Positions 30,685-45,600 of a stretch of DNA of 64,000 nucleotides are shown piece by piece. The translations under genes and the position numbers were made by a program. The stretch is taken from the NCBI GenBank assembly GCA_964016885.1, contig OZ024755.1, positions 43,896,001 to 43,960,000 on the forward strand, read 5' to 3'. The notes under the pieces are model-generated. The model was given only the letters and a program-made list of their open reading frames with translations, had not been told where the DNA came from and made no database searches. The first letter of the stretch is position 1, and each line of letters starts with the position of its first letter. Source of the DNA: Eledone cirrhosa. Its lineage: Eukaryota.

Positions 30685-33600
30685 GTACCAACATATACTG
30701 TGTACCACAGTTGACAGAACCAACATGTACCGTGAACCACAGTTGACAGTACCAACGTATACTGTGTACCACAGTTGAGAGTACCAAAGTATAGTGTGTA
30801 CCACAGTTGACAGTACCAACATATACTGTGTACCACAGTTGACAGTACCAACATATACTGTGTACCACAGTTCACAGTACCAACGTATACTGTGTACCAC
30901 ATTTGACAGTACCAACATATACTGTGTACCACAGTTGACAGTACCAACATATACTGTGTACCACTTTTGACAGTACCAACATATACCGTGTATCACATTT
31001 GACAGTACCAACATATACTGTGTACCACTGTTGACAGTACCAACATATACTGTGTACCACAGTTGACAGTACCAACATGTACCGTGTACCACAGTTGACA
31101 GTACCAACGTATACTGTGCACCACAGTTGACAATACCAACATATACTGTGTACCACAGTTGACAGTACCAACATATACTGTGTACCACAGTTGAAAGTAC
31201 CAACGTATAATGTGTACCACAGTTGACAACACCAACATATACTGTGTACCACAGTTGACAGTACCAACATATACTGTATACCACAGTTGACAGTACCAAC
31301 ATATACTGTGTACCACAGTTGACAGTACCAACATATACTGTGTACCACAGTTGACAGTACCAACATATACTGTATACCACAGTTGACAGTACCAACATAT
31401 ACTGTGTACCACTGTTGACAGTACCAACATATACAGTGTACCACAGTTGACATTACCAACATATACTGTGTACCACAGCTGACACTACCAACATATACTT
31501 GTACCTCAGTTGACAATACTACCATATATTGTGTACCACCGTTGACAATACCAACGTATACTGTGTACCACAGTTGACAGTACCAACGTATACTGTGCAC
31601 CACAGTTGACAGTACCAACATATACTGTGTACCACAGTTGACAATACCAACATATACTGTGTACCACAGTTGACAATACCAACACATATAGTGTACCACA
31701 GTTGACAATACCAACACATATAGTGTACCACAGTTGACAGTACCAACGTATACTGTGTACCACAGTTGCCAATGCCAACATATACTGAGTACCACAGTTG
31801 AGAGTACCAACATGTACCGTGTACCACAGTTGACAGTACCAACGTATACTGTGTACCACAGTTGACAGTACCAACGTATACTGTTTACCACAGTTGACAA
31901 TACCAACATATACTGTGTACCAGAGTTGACAGTACCACATATACTGTGTACCACAGTTGACAGTTCCAACATATATGATGTACCACTGTTGATACTACCG
32001 ACATATACTGTGTAGCACAGTTGACAGTACTAACATATACTGTGTACCACAGTTGAGAGTACCACCATATACTGGGTACCACTGTTGACAGTACCAACAT
32101 ATACTGTGTACCACAGTTGACAGTACCAACATATACTGTGTACCATAGTTGAGAGTACCAACATATCCTGTGTACCTCAGTTGTCAGTACCAACATATAC
32201 TGTATACCACAGTTGACAGTACCAACATATACTGTGTACCACTGTTGACAGTACCAACATATACCGTGTACCACAGTTGACAGTACCAACATATACTGTG
32301 TACCACAGCTGACACTACCAACATATACTTGTACCTCAATTGACAGTACTACCATATATTGTGTACCACCGTTGACAATACCAACGTATACTGTGTACCA
32401 CAGTTGACAGTACCAACGTATACTGTGCACCACAGTTGACAGTACCAACATATAATGTGTACCACAGTTGACAATACCAACATATACTGTGTACCACAGT
32501 TGACAATATCAACACATATAGTGTACCACAGTTGACAGTACCAACGTATACTGTGTACCACAGTTGCCAATGCCAACATATACTGTGTACCACAGTTGAG
32601 AGTACCAACATGTACCGTGTACCACAGTTGACACTACCAACGTATACTGTGTACCACAGTTGACAATACCAACATATACTGTGTACCACAGTTGACAGTA
32701 CCAACATATACTGTGTACCACAGTTGACAGTACCGACATATACTGTGTACCACAGTTGACAGTACCAACATATACTGTATACCACAGTTGACAGTACCAA
32801 CATATACTGTGTACCACTGTTGACAGTACCAACATATACCGTGTACCACAGTTGACAGTACCAACATATACTGTGTACCACAGCTGACACTACCAACATA
32901 TACTTGTACCTCAGTTGACAGTACTACCATATATTGTGTACCACCGTTGACAATACCAACGTATACTGTGTACCACAGTTGACAGTACCTACGTATACTG
33001 TGCACCACAGTTTACAGTACCAAAATATACTGTGTACCACAGTTGACAATACCAACATATACTGTGTACCACAGTTGACACTACCAACACATATAGTGTA
33101 CCACAGTTGACAGTACCAACGTATACTGTGTACCACAGTTGCCAATGCCAACATATACTGTGTACCACAGTTGAGAGTACCAACATATACTGTGTACCAC
33201 AGTTGACAGTACCAACATATACAGTGTACCACAGTTGACAGTACCAACATATACTGTGTACCACAGTTGACAGTACCAACATATACTGTGTACCATGGTT
33301 GACATTACCAACGTATATTGTGTTCCACAGTTGACAGTACCAACATGTACTGTGTACCACAGTTGACAGTACCAACGTATACTGTGTACCACAGTTGACA
33401 GTACCAACGTATACTGTGTACCACAGTTGACAGTACCAACATATAACGTGTACCACAGTTGGCAGTACCATCATATACTGTGTACCACAGTTGACAGTAC
33501 CAACATATATTGTGTACCACAGTTGACAGTACCAACATATACTGTGTACCATAGTTGACATTACCAACGTATATTGTGAACCACAGTTGACAATACCAAC

Positions 33601-36600
33601 ACATATAGTGTACCACAGTTGACAGTACCAACGTATATTGTGTACCACAGTTGCCAATGCCAACATATACTGTGTACCACAGTTGAGAGTACCAACATGT
33701 ACCGTGTACCACAGTTGACAGTACCAACGTATACTGTGTACCACAGTTGACAATACCAACATATACTGTGTACCACAGTTGACAGTACCAACATATACTG
33801 TGTACCACAGTTGAAAGTACCAACGTATACTGTGTACCACAGTTGACAACACCAACATATACTGTGTACCACAGTTGACAGTACCAACATATACTGTATA
33901 CCACAGTTGACAGTACCAACATATACTGTGTACCACAGTTGACAATACCAACACATATAGTGTACCACAGTTGACAGTACCAACGTATACTGTGTATCAC
34001 AGTTGCCAATGCCAACATATACTGTGTACCACAGTTGAGAGTACCAACATATACTGTGTACCACAGTTGACAGTACCAACATATACTGTGTACCACAGTT
34101 GACAATACCAACATATACTGTGTACCCTAGTTGACATTACCAACGTATATTGTGTACCACAGTTGACAGTACCAACATGTACTGTGTACCACAGTTGACA
34201 GTACCAACGTATACTGTGTACCACAGTTGACAGTACCAACGTATACTGTGTACCACAGTTGACAGTACCAACATATAACGTGTACCACAGTTGGCAGTAC
34301 CATCATATACTGTGTACCACAGTTGACAGTACCAACATATACTGTGTACCATAGTTGACATTACCAACGTATATTGTGTACCACAGTTGACAGTACCAAC
34401 ATATCCTGTGTACCTCAGTTGACAGTACCAACATATACTGTATACCACAGTTGACAGTACCAACATATAATGTGTACCACTGTTGACAGTACCAATATAT
34501 ACCGTGTACCACAGTTGACAGTACCAACATATACTCTGTACCACAGCTGACACTACCAACATATACTTGTACCTCAGTTGACAGTACTACCATATATTGT
34601 GTACCACCGTTGACAATACCAACGTATACTGTGTACCACAGTTGACAGTACCAACGTATACTGTGCACCACAGTTGACAGTACCGACATATACTGTGTAC
34701 CACAGTTGACAATACCAACATATACTTTGTACCACGGTTGACAGTACCAACGTATACTGTGTACCACTGTTGACAATATCAACATATACTGTGTACCACA
34801 GTTGACATTACCAACATATACAGTGTACCACAGTTGACAGTAGCAACATATACTGTGTACCACAGTTGACAGTACCAACATATACTGTGTATCACAGTTG
34901 ACAGTACCAACATATACTGTGTACCATAGTTGATAGTACCAACGTATATTGTGTACCACAGTTAAGAGTACCAACATACACCGTGTACGACAGTAAAAAC
35001 ATATACTGTGTACCACAGTTGAATGTACCAGAGTATAGTGTGTACCACACTTGACAGTCCCAACATATTCTGTATACCACAGTTGACAGTACCAACATAT
35101 ACAGTGTACCACTGTTGACAGTACCAACATATACCGTGTACCACAGTTGACAGTACCAACATATACTGTGTACCACAGTTGAGACTACCAACATATACTG
35201 GGTACGACTGTTGACAGTAACAACATATACTATGTACCACAGTTGACAGTACCAACATATACTGTGTACCACAGTTGACAGTACCAACCTATACTGTGTA
35301 CCACAGTTGACAGTACCAACGTATACTGGGTACCACATTTGACACTACCAACATATACTGTGTACCACAGTTGACAGTACCAACGTATACTGTGTACCAC
35401 AGTTGACGATACCAACATATACTGTGTACCACAGTTGACAGTACCAACATATACTGTATACCACAGTTGACAGTACCGACATATACTGTGTACCACTGTT
35501 GACAGTACCAACGTATACTGTGTACCACTGTTGACAATATCAACATATACTTTGTACCACGGTTGACAGTACCAACGTGTACTGGGTACCACATTTGACA
35601 CTACCAACATATACTGTGTACCACAGTTGACAGTACCAACGTATACTGTGTACCACAGTTGACGATACCAACATATACTGTGTACCACAGTTGACAGTAC
35701 CAACATATACTGTATACCACAGTTGACAGTACCGACATATACTGTGTACCACTGTTGACAGTACCAACGTATACTGTGTACCACTGTTGACAATACCAAC
35801 ATATACTTTGTACCACGGTTGACAGTACCAACGTATACTGTGTACCACTGTTGACAATATCAACATATACTGTGTACCACAGTTGACATTACCAACATAT
35901 ACAGTGTACCACAGTTGACAGTAGCAACATATACTGTGTACCACAGTTGACAGTACCAACATATACTGTGTACCACAGTTGACAGTACCAACATATACTG
36001 TGTACCATAGTTGATAGTACCAACGTATATTGTGTACCACAGTTGAGAGTACCAACATACACCGTGTACGACAGTTGACAGTAAAAACATATACTGTGTA
36101 CCACAGTTGAGAGTACCAACATAAACTGTGTACCACAGTTGACAGTACCAACATATACTGTGTACCACAGTTGACAATACCAACATATACTGTGTACCAC
36201 AGTTGACAGTACCAACATATACTGTGTACCACAGTTGAAAGTACCAACGTATACTGTGTACCACAGTTGACAACACCAACATATACTGTGTACCACAGTT
36301 GACAGTACCAACATATACTGTATACCACAGTTGACAGTACCAACATATACTGTGTACCACAGTTGACAGTACCGACATATACTGTGTACCACAGTTGACA
36401 GTACCAACATATACTGTATACCACAGTTGACAGTACCAACATATACTGTGTACCACTGTTGACAGTACCAACATATACCGCGTACCACAGTTGACAGTAC
36501 CAACATATACTGTGTACCACAGCTGACACTACCAACATATACTTGTACCTCAGTTGACAGTACTACCATATATTGTGTACCACCGTTGACAATACCAACG

Positions 36601-39600
36601 TATACTGTGTACCACAGTTGACAGTACCAACGTATACTGTGCACCACAGTTTACAGTACCAAAATATACTGTGTACCACAGTTGACAATACCAACATATA
36701 CTGTGTACCACAGTTGACAATACCAACACATATAGTGTACCACAGTTGACAGTACCAACGTATACTGTGTACCACAGTTGCCAATGCCAACATATACTGT
36801 GTACCACAGTTGAGAGTACCAACATATACTGTGTACCACAGTTGACAGTACCAACATATACAGTGTACCACAGTTGACAGTACCAACATATACTGTGTAC
36901 CACAGTTGACAGTACCAACATATACTGTGTACCACAGTTGACAGTACCAACATATACTGTGTACCATGGTTGACATTACCAACGTATATTGTGTTCCACA
37001 GTTGACAGTACCAACATGTACTGTGTACCACAGTTGACAGTACCAACGTATACTGTGTACCACAGTTGACAGTACCAACGTATACTGTGTACCACAGTTG
37101 ACAGTACCAACATATAACGTGTACCACAGTTGGCAGTACCATCATATACTGTGTACCACAGTTGACAGTACCAACATATATTGTGTACCACAGTTGACAG
37201 TACCAACATATACTGTGTACCATAGTTGACATTACCAACGTATATTGTGTACCACAGTTGACAATACCAACACATATAGTGTACCACAGTTGACAGTACC
37301 AACGTATATTGTGTACCACAGTTGCCAATGCCAACATATACTGTGTACCACAGTTGAGAGTACCAACATGTACCGTGTACCACAGTTGACAGTACCAACG
37401 TATACTGTGTACCACAGTTGACAATACCAACATATACTGTGTACCACAGTTGACAGTACCAACATATACTGTGTACCACAGTTGAAAGTACCAACGTATA
37501 CTGTGTACCACAGTTGACAACACCAACATATACTGTGTACCACAGTTGACAGTACCAACATATACTGTATACCACAGTTGACAGTACCAACATATACTGT
37601 GTACCACAGTTAACAGTACCAACATATACTGTATACCACAGTTGACAGTACCAACATATACTGTGTACCACTGTTGACAGTACCAACATATACCGTGTAC
37701 CACAGTTGACAGTACCAACATATACTGTGTACCACAGCTGACACTACCAACATATACTTGTACCTCAGTTGACAGTACTACCATATATTGTGTACCACCG
37801 TTGACAATACCAACGTATACTGTGTACCACAGTTGACAGTACCAACGTATACTGTGCACCACAGTTGAGAGTACCAACATATACTGTGTACCACAGTTGA
37901 CAATACCAACATATACTGTGTACCACAGTTGACAATACCAACACATATAGTGTGCCACAGTTGACAGTACCAACGTATACTGTGTACCACAGTTGCCAAT
38001 GCCAACATATACTGTGTACCACAGTTGAGAGTACCAACATATACTGTGTACCACAGTTGACAGTACCAACATATACTGTGTACCACAGTTGACAATACCA
38101 ACATATACTGTGTACCACAGTTGACAGTACCAACATATACTGTGTACCCTAGTTGACATTACCAACGTATATTGTGTACCACAGTTGACAGTACCAACAT
38201 GTACTGTGTACCACAGTTGACAGTACCAACGTATACTGTGTACCACAGTTGACAGTACCAACGTATACTGTGTACCACAGTTGACAGTACCAACATATAA
38301 CGTGTACCACAGTTGGCAGTACCATCATATACTGTGTACCACAGTTGACAGTACCAACATATATTGTGTACCACAGTTGACAGTACCAACATATACTGTG
38401 TACCATAGTTGACATTACCAACGTATATTGTGTACCACAGTTGACAGTACCAACATACACCGTGTACAACAGTTGCAGGACCAACATATACTGTGTACCA
38501 CAGTTGCGAGTACCAACATAAACTGTGTACCACAGTTGACAGTACCAACATATACTGTGTACCACAGTTGACAGTACCAACATATACTGTATACCACAGT
38601 TGACAGTACCAACATATACTGTGTACCACAGTTGACAGTACCAACATATACTGTGTACCACAGTTGACAGTACTAACATATACTGTGTACTACAGTTGAC
38701 AGTACCAACATATACTGTGTACCACAGTTGACAGTACCAACATGTACTGTGTACCACAGTTGACAGTACCAGCATATACTGTGTACCACAGTTGGCAGTA
38801 CCAACATATACAGTGTACCACAGTTGACAGTACCAACATATACTGTGTACCACATTTGACAGTACCAACATATACTGTGTACCACAGTTGACAGTACCAA
38901 CATGTACCGTGAACCACATTTGACAGTACCAACATATACTGTGTACCACAGTTGAGAGTACCAACGTATAGTGTGTACCACAGTTGACAGTACCATCATA
39001 TACTGTGTACCACAGTTGACAGTACCAACATATATTGTGTACCACAGTTGACAGTACCAACATATACTGTGTACCATAGTTGACATTACCAACGTATATT
39101 GTGTACCACAGTTGACAATACCAACACATATAGTGTACCACAGTTGACAGTACCAACGTATATTGTGTACCACAGTTGCCAATGCCAACATATACTGTGT
39201 ACCACAGTTGAGAGTACCAACATGTACCGTGTACCACAGTTGACAGTACCAACGTATACTGTGTACCACAGTTGACAATACCAACATATACTGTGTACCA
39301 CAGTTGACAGTACCAACATATACTGTGTACCACAGTTGAAAGTACCAACGTATACTGTGAACCACAGTTGACAACACCAACATATACTGTGTACCACAGT
39401 TGACAGTACCAACATATACTGTATACCACAGTTGACAGTACCAACATATACTGTGTACCACAGTTGACAGTACCAACATATACTGTATACCACAGTTGAC
39501 AGTACCAACATATACTGTGTACCACTGTTGACAGTACCAACATATACCGTGTACCACAGTTGACAGTACCAACATATACTGTGTACCACAGCTGACACTA

Positions 39601-42600
39601 CCAACATATACTTGTACCTCAGTTGACAGTACTACCATATATTGTGTACCACCGTTGACAATACCAACGTATACTGTGTACCACAGTTGACAGTACCAAC
39701 GTATACTGTGCACCATAGTTGACAGTACCAACATATACTGTGTACCACAGTTGACAATACCAACATATACTGTGTACCATAGTTGACAATACCAACACAT
39801 ATAGTGTACCACAGTTGACAGTACCAACGTATACTGTGTACCACAGTTGCCAATGCCAACATATACTGTGTACCACAGTTGAGAATACCAACATATACTG
39901 TGTACCACAGTTGACAGTACCAACATATACTGTGTACCACAGTTGACAATACCAACATATACTGTGTACCACAGTTGACAGTACCAACATATACTGTGTA
40001 CCCTAGTTGACATTACCAACGTATATTGTGTACCACAGTTGACAGTACCAACATGTACTGTGTACCACAGTTGACAGTACCAACGTATACTGTGTACCAC
40101 AGTTGACAGTACCAACGTATACTGTGTACCACAGTTGACAGTACCAACATATAACGTGTACCACAGTTGAGAGTACCAACATATACTGTGTACCACAGTT
40201 GACAGAACCAACATGTACCGTGAACCACAGTTGACAGTACCAACGTATACTGTGTACCACAGTTGAGAGTACCAAAGTATAGTGTGTACCACAGTTGACA
40301 GTACCAACATATACTGTGTACCACAGTTGACAGTACCAACATATACTGTGTACCACAGTTCACAGTACCAACGTATACTGTGTACCACATTTGACAGTAC
40401 CAACATATACTGTGTACCACAGTTGACAGTACCAACATATACTGTGTACCACTTTTGACAGTACCAACATATACCGTGTATCACATTTGACAGTACCAAC
40501 ATATACTGTGTACCACTGTTGACAGTACCAACATATACTGTGTACCACAGTTGACAGTACCAACATGTACCGTGTACCACAGTTGACAGTACCAACGTAT
40601 ACTGTGCACCACAGTTGACAATACCAACATATACTGTGTACCACAGTTGACAGTACCAACATATACTGTGTACCACAGTTGAAAGTACCAACGTATAATG
40701 TGTACCACAGTTGACAACACCAACATATACTGTGTACCACAGTTGACAGTACCAACATATACTGTATACCACAGTTGACAGTACCAACATATACTGTGTA
40801 CCACAGTTGACAGTACCAACATATACTGTGTACCACAGTTGACAGTACCAACATATACTGTATACCACAGTTGACAGTACCAACATATACTGTGTACCAC
40901 TGTTGACAGTACCAACATATACAGTGTACCACAGTTGACATTACCAACATATACTGTGTACCACAGCTGACACTACCAACATATACTTGTACCTCAGTTG
41001 ACAATACTACCATATATTGTGTACCACCGTTGACAATACCAACGTATACTGTGTACCACAGTTGACAGTACCAACGTATACTGTGCACCACAGTTGACAG
41101 TACCAACATATACTGTGTACCACAGTTGACAATACCAACATATACTGTGTACCACAGTTGACAATACCAACACATATAGTGTACCACAGTTGACAATACC
41201 AACACATATAGTGTACCACAGTTGACAGTACCAACGTATACTGTGTACCACAGTTGCCAATGCCAACATATACTGAGTACCACAGTTGAGAGTACCAACA
41301 TGTACCGTGTACCACAGTTGACAGTACCAACGTATACTGTGTACCACAGTTGACAGTACCAACGTATACTGTTTACCACAGTTGACAATACCAACATATA
41401 CTGTGTACCAGAGTTGACAGTACCACATATACTGTGTACCACAGTTGACAGTTCCAACATATATGGTGTACCACTGTTGATACTACCGACATATACTGTG
41501 TAGCACAGTTGACAGTACTAACATATACTGTGTACCACAGTTGAGAGTACCACCATATACTGGGTACCACTGTTGACAGTACCAACATATACTGTGTACC
41601 ACAGTTGACAGTACCAACATATACTGTGTACCATAGTTGAGAGTACCAACATATCCTGTGTACCTCAGTTGTCAGTACCAACATATACTGTATACCACAG
41701 TTGACAGTACCAACATATACTGTGTAACACTGTTGACAGTACCAACATATACCGTGTACCACAGTTGACAGTACCAACATATACTGTGTACCACAGCTGA
41801 CACTACCAACATATACTTGTACCTCAATTGACAGTACTACCATATATTGTGTACCACCGTTGACAATACCAACGTATACTGTGTACCACAGTTGACAGTA
41901 CCAACGTATACTGTGCACCACAGTTGACAGTACCAACATATAATGTGTACCACAGTTGACAATACCAACATATACTGTGTACCACAGTTGACAATATCAA
42001 CACATATAGTGTACCACAGTTGACAGTACCAACGTATACTGTGTACCACAGTTGCCAATGCCAACATATACTGTGTACCACAGTTGAGAGTACCAACATG
42101 TACCGTGTACCACAGTTGACACTACCAACGTATACTGTGTACCACAGTTGACAATACCAACATATACTGTGTACCACAGTTGACAGTACCAACATATACT
42201 GTGTACCACAGTTGACAGTACCGACATATACTGTGTACCACAGTTGACAGTACCAACATATACTGTATACCACAGTTGACAGTACCAACATATACTGTGT
42301 ACCACTGTTGACAGTACCAACATATACCGTGTACCACAGTTGACAGTACCAACATATACTGTGTACCACAGCTGACACTACCAACATATACTTGTACCTC
42401 AGTTGACAGTACTACCATATATTGTGTACCACCGTTGACAATACCAACGTATACTGTGTACCACAGTTGACAGTACCTACGTATACTGTGCACCACAGTT
42501 TACAGTACCAAAATATACTGTGTACCACAGTTGACAATACCAACATATACTGTGTACCACAGTTGACACTACCAACACATATAGTGTACCACAGTTGACA

Positions 42601-45600
42601 GTACCAACGTATACTGTGTACCACAGTTGCCAATGCCAACATATACTGTGTACCACAGTTGAGAGTACCAACATATACTGTGTACCACAGTTGACAGTAC
42701 CAACATATACAGTGTACCACAGTTGACAGTACCAACATATACTGTGTACCACAGTTGACAGTACCAACATATACTGTGTACCATGGTTGACATTACCAAC
42801 GTATATTGTGTTCCACAGTTGACAGTACCAACATGTACTGTGTACCACAGTTGACAGTACCAACGTATACTGTGTACCACAGTTGACAGTACCAACGTAT
42901 ACTGTGTACCACAGTTGACAGTACCAACATATAACGTGTACCACAGTTGGCAGTACCATCATATACTGTGTACCACAGTTGACAGTACCAACATATATTG
43001 TGTACCACAGTTGACAGTACCAACATATACTGTGTACCATAGTTGACATTACCAACGTATATTGTGAACCACAGTTGACAATACCAACACATATAGTGTA
43101 CCACAGTTGACAGTACCAACGTATATTGTGTACCACAGTTGCCAATGCCAACATATACTGTGTACCACAGTTGAGAGTACCAACATGTACCGTGTACCAC
43201 AGTTGACAGTACCAACGTATACTGTGTACCACAGTTGACAATACCAACATATACTGTGTACCACAGTTGACAGTACCAACATATACTGTGTACCACAGTT
43301 GAAAGTACCAACGTATACTGTGTACCACAGTTGACAACACCAACATATACTGTGTACCACAGTTGACAGTACCAACATATACGGTATACCACAGTTGACA
43401 GTACCAACATATACTGTGTACCACAGTTGACAATACCAACACATATAGTGTACCACAGTTGACAGTACCAACGTATACTGTGTATCACAGTTGCCAATGC
43501 CAACATATACTGTGTACCACAGTTGAGAGTACCAACATATACTGTGTACCACAGTTGACAGTACCAACATATACTGTGTACCACAGTTGACAATACCAAC
43601 ATATACTGTGTACCCTAGTTGACATTACCAACGTATATTGTGTACCACAGTTGACAGTACCAACATGTACTGTGTACCACAGTTGACAGTACCAACGTAT
43701 ACTGTGTACCACAGTTGACAGTACCAACGTATACTGTGTACCACAGTTGACAGTACCAACATATAACGTGTACCACAGTTGGCAGTACCATCATATACTG
43801 TGTACCACAGTTGACAGTACCAACATATACTGTGTACCATAGTTGACATTACCAACGTATATTGTGTACCACAGTTGACAGTACCAACATATCCTGTGTA
43901 CCTCAGTTGACAGTACCAACATATACTGTATACCACAGTTGACAGTACCAACATATAATGTGTACCACTGTTGACAGTACCAATATATACCGTGTACCAC
44001 AGTTGACAGTACCAACATATACTCTGTACCACAGCTGACACTACCAACATATACTTGTACCTCAGTTGACAGTACTACCATATATTGTGTACCACCGTTG
44101 ACAATACCAACGTATACTGTGTACCACAGTTGACAGTACCAACGTATACTGTGCACCACAGTTGACAGTACCGACATATACTGTGTACCACAGTTGACAA
44201 TACCAACATATACTTTGTACCACGGTTGACAGTACCAACGTATACTGTGTACCACTGTTGACAATATCAACATATACTGTGTACCACAGTTGACATTACC
44301 AACATATACAGTGTACCACAGTTGACAGTAGCAACATATACTGTGTACCACAGTTGACAGTACCAACATATACTGTGTATCACAGTTGACAGTACCAACA
44401 TATACTGTGTACCATAGTTGATAGTACCAACGTATATTGTGTACCAGAGTTAAGAGTACCAACATACACCGTGTACGACAGTAAAAACATATACTGTGTA
44501 CCACAGTTGAATGTACCAGAGTATAGTGTGTACCACACTTGACAGTCCCAACATATTCTGTATACCACAGTTGACAGTACCAACATATACAGTGTACCAC
44601 TGTTGACAGTACCAACATATACCGTGTACCACAGTTGACAGTACCAACATATACTGTGTACCACAGTTGAGACTACCAACATATACTGGGTACGACTGTT
44701 GACAGTAACAACATATACTATGTACCACAGTTGACAGTACCAACATATACTGTGTACCACAGTTGACAGTACCAACCTATACTGTGTACCACAGTTGACA
44801 GTACCAACGTATACTGGGTACCACATTTGACACTACCAACATATACTGTGTACCACAGTTGACAGTACCAACGTATACTGTGTACCACAGTTGACGATAC
44901 CAACATATACTGTGTACCACAGTTGACAGTACCAACATATACTGTATACCACAGTTGACAGTACCGACATATACTGTGTACCACTGTTGACAGTACCAAC
45001 GTATACTGTGTACCACTGTTGACAATATCAACATATACTTTGTACCACGGTTGACAGTACCAACGTGTACTGGGTACCACATTTGACACTACCAACATAT
45101 ACTGTGTACCACAGTTGACAGTACCAACGTATACTGTGTACCACAGTTGACGATACCAACATATACTGTGTACCACAGTTGACAGTACCAACATATACTG
45201 TATACCACAGTTGACAGTACCGACATATACTGTGTACCACTGTTGACAGTACCAACGTATACTGTGTACCACTGTTGACAATACCAACATATACTTTGTA
45301 CCACGGTTGACAGTACCAACGTATACTGTGTACCACTGTTGACAATATCAACATATACTGTGTACCACAGTTGACATTACCAACATATACAGTGTACCAC
45401 AGTTGACAGTAGCAACATATACTGTGTACCACAGTTGACAGTACCAACATATACTGTGTACCACAGTTGACAGTACCAACATATACTGTGTACCATAGTT
45501 GATAGTACCAACGTATATTGTGTACCACAGTTGAGAGTACCAACATACACCGTGTACGACAGTTGACAGTAAAAACATATACTGTGTACCACAGTTGAGA

